This document shows positions 48,725-58,233 of a stretch of DNA of 64,000 nucleotides, piece after piece; positions within the stretch are counted from its first letter, which is position 1; each line of letters begins with the position of its first letter. The stretch is from assembly GCA_031278395.1 (NCBI GenBank), contig JAITKM010000007.1, forward strand, positions 139,805 to 203,804. The letters run 5' to 3'. Under the pieces are notes generated by a model, which was not told the origin of the DNA, ran no database searches, and was given only the letters and a program-made list of their open reading frames with translations. A program made the translations under genes and the position numbers. Source of the stretch: Deltaproteobacteria bacterium (GTDB lineage: Bacteria; Bdellovibrionota_C; UBA2361; SZUA-149; JAITKM01).

Positions 48725-50057
48725 GTTGCACCCCACATACATGCTGATAGATTTTAAGAACTTTTTTTGCCGCAGCTTGCCAAGTGAGTTTTTTAAGTTC
48801 CAGTTTTGCACCGTCTATCATATCTTGGCACATCTCTGGGTGTAGTAAGCCGTTAATGATATAGTCTGCCAGTGTTTGTATTTTCCAATAATCAAATTTT
48901 AAAGCATGGTTTAAAACTTCTCCGACGCCAGATTGTTTAGAGATTAACGCCGGAGTCTCAAAATCAACAGCTTCTAAAGCAGACAACCCAAAAGGTTCAG
49001 AAATTGAGGGCATAACATACAAGTTTGCAATCGATAAGATTTCTTCTAAGGCGCGACCTTTAACAAAGCCAGGAAAGATAAGATTTGAACTAATTCCTAA
49101 ATCTTTAGCTAGCTGTTTCATGCTTGGCAATAAATCGCCTGTGCCAGCCATGACAAAAATTGTATCTGGCAGATATGCAATAACTTTTTGCGCAGCGTAC
49201 AAAAAAGTAGCTGGACCTTTTTGCAGGGTTACACGTCCTAAAAAAAGCACTACCGGACCAGTCCATTTAGCTTTGTCTTTATGAAATTTAGTAACTTTTT
49301 TAGATAAATTCCCATTATGCACTGTAAAAATTTTGCTCAGTGGTAAACAATGTTGTTTTTGCACAACTTGCCTAGTGTGTTCACTAACTGCACAAATTGC
49401 TGTTGCAAAGCCTGTGCCTGCTTTCTCAATTGCGTCAATTCTTGGGTTTATTCCGGGTCCACTTCTATCATACTCAAGGCTATGCACGTGAGTAATTAAC
49501 GGCACGCCCGCAGCTTGGGCTACAGCAATACCAGCTGGAAAAGTCATCCAGTCATGAGCATGCACAATATCGAACTCTTCTTCTTTAGCAATTTCAAAAA
49601 CTAGATCAGCAAACAGAGCAACTTGCTCATAAACTTGAGCGTTATAGCCGGCGCCTAATAAAATTTGCGCCCGTTTAGCTAGAGTAAGACTAGCTAGAAA
49701 TTTATCTAATTCGCTGCGAGTGAATTTAGGAAAAAAATTTTTATTCAGCAAACGGCGAGTCTCAGGCAAATCAAGCTCGCCGACTAAATCGTCAAAGCTT
49801 TCTTCAGTTAAATAAGGTGCAAGCGCAACAGGAATTTCAAAGGTTTTAATACGTTTTTGGCGACGGCGCTTGTATTTCTTACCGCAAGCGTCTCGCAAAT
49901 TCATATGTGGGGCGTTTTCGTCACCCATCAGTTTAGGCACGACAAAGGTAATTTCAACGCCAAGTTGGGCTAAAGCTTTGGTTAGCCCTTCACAGGCTAC
50001 ACCTAGTCCCCCAGCAATATGCGGAGGATATTCCCACCCTAACATTAAAACTTTCAT
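48717..50057 (-). CDS. Glycosyltransferase, glycogen/alpha-glucan-synthase-like (GT4/GT5)
   Basis: N-terminal MKVLMLGWEYPPHIAGGLGV, C-terminal GT-B domain with an E..E motif; operonic with GH57. Confidence 0.65.
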   Translation of the reverse strand: MKVLMLGWEYPPHIAGGLGVACEGLTKALAQLGVEITFVVPKLMGDENAPHMNLRDACGKKYKRRRQKRIKTFEIPVALAPYLTEESFDDLVGELDLPETRRLLNKNFFPKFTRSELDKFLASLTLAKRAQILLGAGYNAQVYEQVALFADLVFEIAKEEEFDIVHAHDWMTFPAGIAVAQAAGVPLITHVHSLEYDRSGPGINPRIDAIEKAGTGFATAICAVSEHTRQVVQKQHCLPLSKIFTVHNGNLSKKVTKFHKDKAKWTGPVVLFLGRVTLQKGPATFLYAAQKVIAYLPDTIFVMAGTGDLLPSMKQLAKDLGISSNLIFPGFVKGRALEEILSIANLYVMPSISEPFGLSALEAVDFETPALISKQSGVGEVLNHALKFDYWKIQTLADYIINGLLHPEMCQDMIDGAKLELKKLTWQAAAKKVLKIYQHVCGVQHA

Positions 50058-50409
50058 TGTATTAAGAGTTATTGAAAAAATAAAATATAAAAATATATTG
50101 ATAAAAACTACTTAAACAACAAAAACTAGGATTTAGGATTTCTGAATCTACCGTCTCGCATTTTTACTCTGCAAAAAAACTTCGGGCAGTAGATTTATTA
50201 TTCTCTAAACTTCTTCCCACTTAAAAGTTCGCTACTATGGAGAAAAGCTTCACGAAAAGCAAGCTAAAATAAAAATTGTAATAATTATCTTGAAATTTAG
50301 TATTGTTTATGATAGGCGCGTAAACAGTTTTTTGAGGATTTTTTTTCGTAGTGTTACGAAAACTCAAAAAACAAAGGTTGAACTCTGTTTTTTAGAAGGA
50401 GTTTGGTGA

Positions 50410-50778
50410 ATGGAGAAGTTGTTTAATAATGTCGAATCAATCAAAAATTTGGTTCGTAAATTTCTAAAAGATAACAAGTTGGATAAAATCAACTTAAGTT
50501 ATCTTGAGAAAAAGGGAGTTTACACGGTTTTTTCATGGACTGAAAGTCGTGTTCCTGAAAATTTCAAACTCTTGGTTCGTATTCTAATAGAATGCGCCAA
50601 AGGGGTAAGATTAAACTTAAGAGAATTTTTGAGAATTCTCTTTCAGGGTTACGGTTACTTGTTAGCCCGAAAAATACATTGGAGGATGGGGGAAAGCCCA
50701 GAATTTAAATGTGTTAAAAAAGCTTTACGCTGTGCAATTCGCAAATTTAAGTTGCAGCACAGTATAAAAGTTAGTTAA
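50410..50778 (+). CDS. Hypothetical protein
   Basis: ORF only. Confidence 0.3.
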   Translation: MEKLFNNVESIKNLVRKFLKDNKLDKINLSYLEKKGVYTVFSWTESRVPENFKLLVRILIECAKGVRLNLREFLRILFQGYGYLLARKIHWRMGESPEFKCVKKALRCAIRKFKLQHSIKVS

Positions 50779-50911
50779 GGGGCTGGCAAGTTGGTTAGTA
50801 AGTTAAACGATTTTTAATGTCACCAGGGAAGGTGATTGAGGATATGCTTTTGGAGGAAGATGAAAATCTTCCTCTTTTTTTTGTTTAAATTTAAAGGAAA
50901 ACATATATATT

Positions 50912-52534
50912 ATGGCTGCTGCAAAACTTTGGAAAAGATATTGCGAAAATTTTAAATATTATCCTGAACTTGGTTTAAGCCTGGATATTAGTCGGATGAA
51001 TTTTAATGATGGCTACTGGGCAAAGATTTTCACTAAATGTAAGCAAGCTTTTCTTGAAATGGATGAGCTTGAAAAAGGAAATATTGCCAACCCTGATGAA
51101 AATAGAATGGTCGGACATTATTGGCTTAGAAATTCAGAGCTAGCTCCGAATTGCGAACTAAAAAACGAAATTGATCAGGCGCTTGTAGAAGTTAAAACTT
51201 TTGCGGCAAATATTCTATCTGGAGCAATTAAGTCGCCGACTGGAGAGAAATTTAAAAATGTTATTTATTTAGGTATTGGTGGCTCAGCACTTGGCCCGCA
51301 GTTTATTGCTGAATCTTTAAGACCGCAAAAACCAGAGTTACGTTTCTTTTTTATTGATAACACTGACCCGGACGGTATTGCCTTGACGCTTAACGATTTG
51401 GAGCAGGAATTAGCTCGAACTCTGGTGGTGGTTGTCTCCAAATCTGGCGGAACGGTAGAAACTCGAAATGGCATGATTGAAGTGGCTATGGCTTATCAAA
51501 GGCGGAACTTAGATTTTTCAAAACATGCGGTAGCTATTACTAGTTTGAGTAGTAAGCTATGCAAAATTGCCGAGGCTGGCGGCTGGATAAAAATTTTACC
51601 AATGTGGGATTGGGTTGGCGGCAGAACTTCAGTGATGTCGCCAGTAGGGACTTTAGTGGTGGCTTTGCTGGGGATTAAGCTAGATGAGTTTCTAGCAGGT
51701 GCCAAGGCGGTCGATATTGTAACCCGTGAACATAATATGCGCACGAATCCAGCTATGGTGTTGGCGACTATGTGGTATTACGCAGGTAATGGAAAGGGCG
51801 AAAAGGATTTGGTGGTTTTGCCTTATAAAGATCGCTTACTTTTGTTAAGTCGTTATTTGCAGCAGCTAATTATGGAATCGCTAGGCAAAGAGTTTAATAA
51901 AGAGGGTAAGGTTGTAAATCAAGGATTGGCAGTTTATGGCAATAAAGGTTCGACTGATCAGCATGCATATGTGCAACAGTTACGAGAAGGAGTAAAAAAT
52001 TTCTTTGTGTTATTTGTTGAAGTTTTAGAGGACAAAGTTGAACTAACAAATAATACTGAAAAAGCTGTTGAAGTTGAAGCGCATGTTACTTCTGGGGATT
52101 ATTTACAAGGGTTTATGTTAGGAACTCGTTTAGCATTGTTTGAAAAGGGGCGCGAATCAATAATTTTAACGCTTGACAAGTTAAATGAGTTTTCGGTTGG
52201 CGGTTTAATTGCGTTGTTTGAGCGAGCAGTTGGTTTTTATGCGTCGCTAGTGAATATTAATGCGTATCATCAGCCCGGCGTTGAGGCAGGTAAAAAAGCA
52301 GCTGGCATGGTAGTTGAAATGGAAAAGATATTGCTTAAATTTTTTGATAATTATGACGTTAGCAGTAAAGCCTTATCTGTGGAACAAATTGCCAGCGAAA
52401 TTAATTGCCAAAAAGAGGATGATTTTGAGACGCTTTATAAAGTTTTAGAACATTTAGTCGCCAATGGTCGTGGTATTGAGCGCGAAAGAGACGAAAGAAA
52501 GCCGGATTTAGTAAAATATAAAAGAAGTCGGTAA
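50912..52534 (+). CDS. pgi: Glucose-6-phosphate isomerase
   Basis: 540 aa with YLGIGGSALGPQ and other SIS-domain PGI signatures. Confidence 0.9.
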   Translation: MAAAKLWKRYCENFKYYPELGLSLDISRMNFNDGYWAKIFTKCKQAFLEMDELEKGNIANPDENRMVGHYWLRNSELAPNCELKNEIDQALVEVKTFAANILSGAIKSPTGEKFKNVIYLGIGGSALGPQFIAESLRPQKPELRFFFIDNTDPDGIALTLNDLEQELARTLVVVVSKSGGTVETRNGMIEVAMAYQRRNLDFSKHAVAITSLSSKLCKIAEAGGWIKILPMWDWVGGRTSVMSPVGTLVVALLGIKLDEFLAGAKAVDIVTREHNMRTNPAMVLATMWYYAGNGKGEKDLVVLPYKDRLLLLSRYLQQLIMESLGKEFNKEGKVVNQGLAVYGNKGSTDQHAYVQQLREGVKNFFVLFVEVLEDKVELTNNTEKAVEVEAHVTSGDYLQGFMLGTRLALFEKGRESIILTLDKLNEFSVGGLIALFERAVGFYASLVNINAYHQPGVEAGKKAAGMVVEMEKILLKFFDNYDVSSKALSVEQIASEINCQKEDDFETLYKVLEHLVANGRGIERERDERKPDLVKYKRSR

Positions 52535-52563
52535 CCTCTTAAAACCTTGTAAAGAGGTTTTTA
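52533..52563 (+). terminator. Rho-independent terminator after pgi
   Basis: aacctcttaaaaccttgtaaagaggtttttag: a 7-8 bp stem followed by a T-run. Confidence 0.6.
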
Positions 52564-53015
52564 GCAAGAAATAGGATAGGGAGAGAGAGAGAAAACTAGC
52601 CTATTATAGAATTGCTAAAAAACAAGATTCTAAATTTAGATTACCGAACTTCTCTTTCACCCCCCAGAGTGAAAAAATTTTTATTATAATTTTTTTTCTT
52701 TCTTTTTTTTATCCTTCGACGATAATTTGCTATTATCTTCGGAGTATATTCTTTTTTTTAGAGTTTGATCTTTTTCGCTTCTCTCTATATGAGAAGCGAA
52801 ATGTGTTTTGCCTCTAAAAGAGGATAAGGTAACTACTCTTACCACTTGTGTATCCTTTCTTGTTGAAACCAAAAAAAAAATAAAACCCTTTAGGTCACCG
52901 AGGGCAAGGCTTATATATTGGCGTTATAAATTAGTCAATATTTTAGTAAAAAATAAATTATTTAATAAAAATAACCTATTGGACGATAGCAAGACGATAA
53001 TGATATAAAATCAAT

Positions 53016-53636
53016 ATGGATAAATCGGAAATCGACAAATTAATTTTAGACCACTTTGATAAAGCTGTTGCGATGGCTTACAAGTTGTTGCGTTCTTGGC
53101 GGGTGCGAATGCAGGTTGACGAGTTGAAAAGCATAGTTGGTTTGGCGTTGACTGAAGCGGCACAGCGTTTTGATTCGTCAAAGCAGGTAGCTTTTTCAAC
53201 TTTTCTTTTTTATTACCTGCGTGGAATGTTGCTTAAAGAAATTGCTCGCTTAGTCAAGAAGAGCAAAGAATCGTTTAAACTAGGAATTACAGGTTACACT
53301 TTAGATAAAGATTCGTCTAATGACGAAATTGTAGAAACCTACACTAATGAAGCCTTTTCCGAAGAAGATAAGAATCCAGAAAATATACTTTATCGAACTC
53401 AGTTAGAAGTTTTTTTTAAGGAGATTTGTTTAGAGTTGACTAATGTGGAAAAGGACGTAATTTTTTTGAATTTAATTGAAGACAAGGCTTTAATAGATGT
53501 TGCCGCAGAATTAAAATTCACTCGTTCATATGTTTCTAGAGTAAAACGTCATGCCATTGAAAAATTACAAAAAATCATGCTCGCCAATCCACTGTTAATG
53601 GATTTATTGTTTGATAAAGGGAAAAAAATAATTTGA
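53016..53636 (+). CDS. RNA polymerase sigma factor, sigma-70 family (FliA/sigma-28-like, group 3)
   Basis: Region 2 (VGLALTEAAQRFD...FSTFLFYYLRG) and region 4 HTH (DVAAELKFTRSYVSRVKRHAIEKL); 206 aa; flagellar gene neighbourhood. Confidence 0.6.
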   Translation: MDKSEIDKLILDHFDKAVAMAYKLLRSWRVRMQVDELKSIVGLALTEAAQRFDSSKQVAFSTFLFYYLRGMLLKEIARLVKKSKESFKLGITGYTLDKDSSNDEIVETYTNEAFSEEDKNPENILYRTQLEVFFKEICLELTNVEKDVIFLNLIEDKALIDVAAELKFTRSYVSRVKRHAIEKLQKIMLANPLLMDLLFDKGKKII

Positions 53637-53735
53637 AACCTTTTAAGCTATTTCAATATCTAAGTAATAAAGCTCCATGAAATTAGGCGTTTTTTTTTGT
53701 TTTTTAAACTTCTTTTTAAGGGGAAAATTTTTTTT

Positions 53736-54233
53736 ATGGATTATCGTTCATTAATTGTTAATTTAGAAATTGAGATAAATTTACAAACTAAATTATTAGA
53801 AGCTGTGCGTGAGGAAAAAATAGCTTTAGCGATGTTGGACGAAGAAAAAATTAATAAAGTTGTTGAGAGTAAACAACAACTCATCGAAAAAATTCAAGCT
53901 AATCAAGAAAAACGTAATAAAATTTTTATTAAAGATACATTAGCGCCTTTAGAATCATTAAAACTAGAAGACTTAATTGCTAACTGTTCATCCGCTATCT
54001 ATCGCCAACAGTTAGAAAAATTACAGAGTGAGTTAAAAGAAATTGTTGTTGAAATGCGCGAATTAAATAACCACAATGCAAAATTGACCAAACAAAGCTT
54101 AGGATTAATTGCTACTACATTGGCAATTCTCAAATCTGCTAATCATGACACTAACATTCCAAGCTATTCTCCTAAAACTAGCTTAGAGCCAGTATTTTCC
54201 ACACAAAATTTGAACTTGGCAAAAACAATATAA
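53736..54233 (+). CDS. Hypothetical coiled-coil protein (possible FlgN-like chaperone or anti-sigma factor)
   Basis: Helical, heptad-rich 165 aa immediately after the sigma-factor gene. The ATG at 53736 with aagggg is preferred over the ORF-track start. Confidence 0.35.
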   Translation: MDYRSLIVNLEIEINLQTKLLEAVREEKIALAMLDEEKINKVVESKQQLIEKIQANQEKRNKIFIKDTLAPLESLKLEDLIANCSSAIYRQQLEKLQSELKEIVVEMRELNNHNAKLTKQSLGLIATTLAILKSANHDTNIPSYSPKTSLEPVFSTQNLNLAKTI

Positions 54234-54341
54234 TTTACTATGAAAGATCGTTTGTGGTTTTGAGCACTGTTTGGCAAAAACTTCAAACTGTGTTTTTTTA
54301 TGTTGTAAATTTGTCGGTTAAAACTTTGATTGTAAATTATT

Positions 54342-55223
54342 ATGATTCCAACACTTGTCATACTTGCCGCAGGACTAGGTAGCCGTTACGGCAGTCTTAA
54401 ACAAATCGATAAACTCGGTCCAAATGGTGAAACTATTCTGGATTATTCCATCAACTACGCTATTCAGGCAGGAGTAAAAAAAATAGTTTTTGTGATTAGG
54501 AAAAATATAGAAAGTCAGCTACAAGAAGTATTTTTTGATAAATATTCTAAGCTAGTCGAGCTGGATTATGTTTTTCAGGAGCTAGATTCTCTGCCACAGG
54601 GCATTCTACCCAACCCAGAGCGTAGCAAACCTTGGGGAACAGGACATGCAATTCTGATGGTGCAGGATAAGGTCAAAGAGCCATTTATCGTAATTGGTTG
54701 TGATGATTTTTATGGGCGTGAGGCATTTATTAAAAGCTTTGAGTTTTTAAAAACTTTATCTGCCACGGATGTTAAGGGTTGTTTAATTGGATACTACCTC
54801 AAAAATACTCTTTCTGAGTATGGTTTTGTCTCAAGAGGAATTTGCCAAATTGACGAACAGCAGAATTTAATTCACTTAGGTGATAAATTAAAAATAAAAG
54901 AGGTGAACGGACAAATTATCTCTTTTGAAGATGAAACAAAACCACTAATTTTTGCGTCAGATACTATCGCTAGCATGTCGTTTTATGGATTCACTCCGCA
55001 ATTTTTGAATGATTTAGAACAAGAATTTCTTTTGTTTATTAAAGAATATTCAAATGACCTAAAAAAGGAATTTTATATAACTAACGCGATGAGCAATTTA
55101 ATTCAGAAAGGTAAGTTACAGATTAGAGTTTATAATAGTTCGGCAAAGTGGTTTGGAATAACTAATCCAGAGGATAAAACATTTGTAATGCAAAGTTTAA
55201 GTGAATTGAATGAAGTATTTTAA
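54342..55223 (+). CDS. Sugar-phosphate nucleotidyltransferase
   Basis: N-terminal LAAGLGSRYGSLKQ (G-x-G-x-R-x pyrophosphorylase motif) within an NTP_transferase fold. Confidence 0.7.
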   Translation: MIPTLVILAAGLGSRYGSLKQIDKLGPNGETILDYSINYAIQAGVKKIVFVIRKNIESQLQEVFFDKYSKLVELDYVFQELDSLPQGILPNPERSKPWGTGHAILMVQDKVKEPFIVIGCDDFYGREAFIKSFEFLKTLSATDVKGCLIGYYLKNTLSEYGFVSRGICQIDEQQNLIHLGDKLKIKEVNGQIISFEDETKPLIFASDTIASMSFYGFTPQFLNDLEQEFLLFIKEYSNDLKKEFYITNAMSNLIQKGKLQIRVYNSSAKWFGITNPEDKTFVMQSLSELNEVF

Positions 55224-55244
55224 CAAAATGATTTACTGACTAAG

Positions 55245-55661
55245 ATGAGAAAGATTTTGGCACGATCCTGCGAAAAAATATCGATAAGACTTTTATTTTG
55301 TATTTATTTTTTGATAGTCAATTTTTCCTTTGCAGAAGAAGGAGACGAATCAAGTTATCCAAGTTCAGATATTGCAAGTTCTATTAGTTCTGCCTTAGAT
55401 GGTTCGTCATTAGGGCAGAGTTCGTCAGAAACATCAGCTGCTTCAAACAGTCCAAGTTCAGAAACATCAGCTGGCTCGTCAATGAAGTTTTGTCCAGATT
55501 TTTCAGTTACAGTCCCTGACACAGAGGAATGTCCGAATTGTTTCAAAGAATGTGATAATGGACTATTTATTCCTTGTGGTGATGATTGTGGTGGAATGTC
55601 ATCTTTTAGTTCTGTGTTTAAAAAAAGTTGCCCTGACAAATGTTGCGTGAAGCGACGATAA
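55245..55661 (+). CDS. Small secreted Ser-rich, Cys-rich protein
   Basis: Signal peptide, a Ser-rich spacer (SSETSAASNSPSSETSAGSS), then 10 Cys in the last 55 aa. Confidence 0.35.
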   Translation: MRKILARSCEKISIRLLFCIYFLIVNFSFAEEGDESSYPSSDIASSISSALDGSSLGQSSSETSAASNSPSSETSAGSSMKFCPDFSVTVPDTEECPNCFKECDNGLFIPCGDDCGGMSSFSSVFKKSCPDKCCVKRR

Positions 55662-55715
55662 TCTTGGAATTTTGAGGTAATGTCTTCTTCTTGTAAGATG
55701 CAATCTTACAAGATT

Positions 55716-57494
55716 TTATGATTTTTTTTCGCTAAGAGTTTGCGCTTGTTCTGGCAGCGGAGATTTTTTTAAACGAGAAACCCGTTGCTCCTTTTGACGA
55801 TTGAAACGCGTTTCTCGTCTATTGGTCTTTTTTTCTTTAACAGGGCTATGCGGGTTAGCAGGAGGCTTGCTTGCAGAAGTATCAGTTACCTCTGCGTTAC
55901 TATCAGCGGATTTAGTTTTTTTATACTTACTGTCGTTTTCTGGATGAACGTTAGTTTTTTTTACTCGTTCATGGCGTTGCTCTGTTTCCTCTGCCTTTTC
56001 TAAATCAATTTCTAATTCATATTGATCTGGTTTGATTCTGCCATCAGCTAAAATTAAAATTTGCACACCAGTTGATTTTTCCAAAGAACAAAGAATATCT
56101 TTTTTATTATTTAACAAAAATAAAGCTGGAGCATGTGGCATCCTAATCTTGACTGTGTTAATTCCGCCAGTCGAAACTGTCGATTGAATCTTGCGCAAAG
56201 CTTCCAGAGCCACGACTTCTGTATTTTTTATTTTACCCCGACCATCACAGTACGGACAATTAATGTGACTTTGACTAAGCAGGGAACTTTTTAAACGCTG
56301 CCGCGAAAGCTCCAACAAGCCAAATTTAGAAATTTTACCAACTTCAATTTTAGCTTTGTCGTTTTTAGTAACTTCTTTCATAATACGCTCAACAATTTGC
56401 TTGTGGCGTCGATTGAACATATCAATAAAGTCAATCACTACTAATCCGCCTAAGTCACGAAGTTTTAACTGTCTGGCAATTTCAGATGCAGCTTCTTTGT
56501 TTGTCGCAAAAGCTGTTTCTTCAACATCCGTCTGTCCAGTTGAGCGCCCAGAATTAACGTCAACTGCAACCACAGCTTCAGTTGGAGTAATTACAATTGA
56601 ACCGCCAGACGGTAATTGCACTTCAGGACGGCTAATCTCTTCAATCTGTTCGTCAATATTATATTTGCCAAATAGTGGCTGATTTTCTTTGTAGTGTTTG
56701 ATACGGTTTAAAAATTTAGGGGCAGTCTTAGACATAAAGTCAGATGCTTTATCAAAAGCCTCTTTATCGTCAATCAACACTTCGTCAATATCCGATGTTA
56801 AATAGTCGCGCAAAGCACGAATCGCGATGTCAGACTCTTTATAAAGCGGACAAGGACTTTTTTGTTCCATGCTTTTTTGAATAATCGAAACCCAGAGGTC
56901 CAGCAAATTATCAACGTCTTTTTGTAACTCAAGCGTGGACTTGTTAATACCAGCAGTGCGCACGATTACGCCCATACCCGATGGAATACGGAGTTTTTGC
57001 ACGGCTTGGCGAATCTGTCTGCGCTGCGAAGAGTCAGAAATTTTTCGAGAAACTCCGCCGCGCTGATTACCTATGATTAAAACGCAATATCTGCCCGGAA
57101 TAGATAAATTAGTAGTAAGCGTTGCGCCCTTAGTATCTCGTTCATCTTTGACCACCTGCACAATAAGCTCTTGTCCAGTTTTGAGAACATCTTGAACAAC
57201 AAAACGGCGATAATGCTGCCCCTGTTCAGCAGACTCAGAATTTCCATTAGAATGGACATTAAAATAAGCCGGGTGAATATCATTGGTTTGCAAAAAACCA
57301 TTTCTACTAGAACCAATATCTAAAAAAGCTGCCTGCAAACTCGGCTCAAGTCTGGTAATACTAGCTTTGTAAATGTTGCCTTTGAGTTGAACTTGGTCAG
57401 ACCAAACAATGTCTAAAGCAATGAGCTTTTCATCCTCAATGATAGCAACTCTTTTTTCTTCCGAATGAATAGTATTAATTAATAGCCTACGCAT
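55716..57494 (-). CDS. rng: Ribonuclease E/G family (Rng/CafA-like) with a basic C-terminal tail
   Basis: S1 domain at the N-terminus followed by the RNase E/G catalytic core; 592 aa. Confidence 0.85.
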   Translation of the reverse strand: MRRLLINTIHSEEKRVAIIEDEKLIALDIVWSDQVQLKGNIYKASITRLEPSLQAAFLDIGSSRNGFLQTNDIHPAYFNVHSNGNSESAEQGQHYRRFVVQDVLKTGQELIVQVVKDERDTKGATLTTNLSIPGRYCVLIIGNQRGGVSRKISDSSQRRQIRQAVQKLRIPSGMGVIVRTAGINKSTLELQKDVDNLLDLWVSIIQKSMEQKSPCPLYKESDIAIRALRDYLTSDIDEVLIDDKEAFDKASDFMSKTAPKFLNRIKHYKENQPLFGKYNIDEQIEEISRPEVQLPSGGSIVITPTEAVVAVDVNSGRSTGQTDVEETAFATNKEAASEIARQLKLRDLGGLVVIDFIDMFNRRHKQIVERIMKEVTKNDKAKIEVGKISKFGLLELSRQRLKSSLLSQSHINCPYCDGRGKIKNTEVVALEALRKIQSTVSTGGINTVKIRMPHAPALFLLNNKKDILCSLEKSTGVQILILADGRIKPDQYELEIDLEKAEETEQRHERVKKTNVHPENDSKYKKTKSADSNAEVTDTSASKPPANPHSPVKEKKTNRRETRFNRQKEQRVSRLKKSPLPEQAQTLSEKKS

Positions 57495-58233
57495 CGATTT
57501 ACCTATATTAAAATCAAATGCGACCCATTATATTTTAGATAAAGATTAAATTTTTATGAAAAAACATATAAAGATTACGCGAAGTTACACTCCTAGGGAT
57601 TGGTCATATAAGCAACCATCTATAGACAAACTTTTTCCCGAAATCATCCACACAAACCTTAGATAAGTTAAGTTAAATTAATACTTTTTATTTTAAAATC
57701 TTTATTTATTAAATTTATTAATGTGTCGCTAAATGTATATTTATAAAATTTACCACATTAGTTGTGCCTGCTCAGTAGTTTCTAAAATTATTCCAAACCA
57801 ACAAAGCAATAAAATATTTAAAAATCTGAATTTTTGACCTGCGGATTATACATAAAGAGCAGGTAACTTTCAATTGTTATTTTGTTTAGATGAAAAAATT
57901 AATATTTAGGTTTTATTAAAAAAATAATAGTTGTTTTAGATAGTTATAATTTAAAATTTATTTTCGTCCTTAAAGCTGCAAAAAAAAATGCTTTTCAATG
58001 AGCCTTGTTTTTTTTCCTACCTGCCTTGTGCCATATTGTAATTTTTTTAGTATTTAAGACAGAATCAATGATATTTTTTTATTTTTTAATTATATCAATA
58101 TGTTATTTGTAAATTCTTTTAAGGTTATTCTTAGCGCCGTTTTGTAATAATTCAAAATAAACACCTAAAATAATCAAAAAATTAACAAAAACGTGCAGGT
58201 ATGGTTTAAAAATGGTGGTAGTGGGGCTAAAAA

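Noticed and set aside
57495-58233. Long AT-rich intergenic region upstream of rng as a possible mobile-element remnant or origin
   Set aside because: It has no repeats, ORFs or recombinase remnants. A long structured 5' UTR is expected for autoregulated RNase E/G genes. The DnaA-box-like match (tcatccaca) is only 7 of 9.
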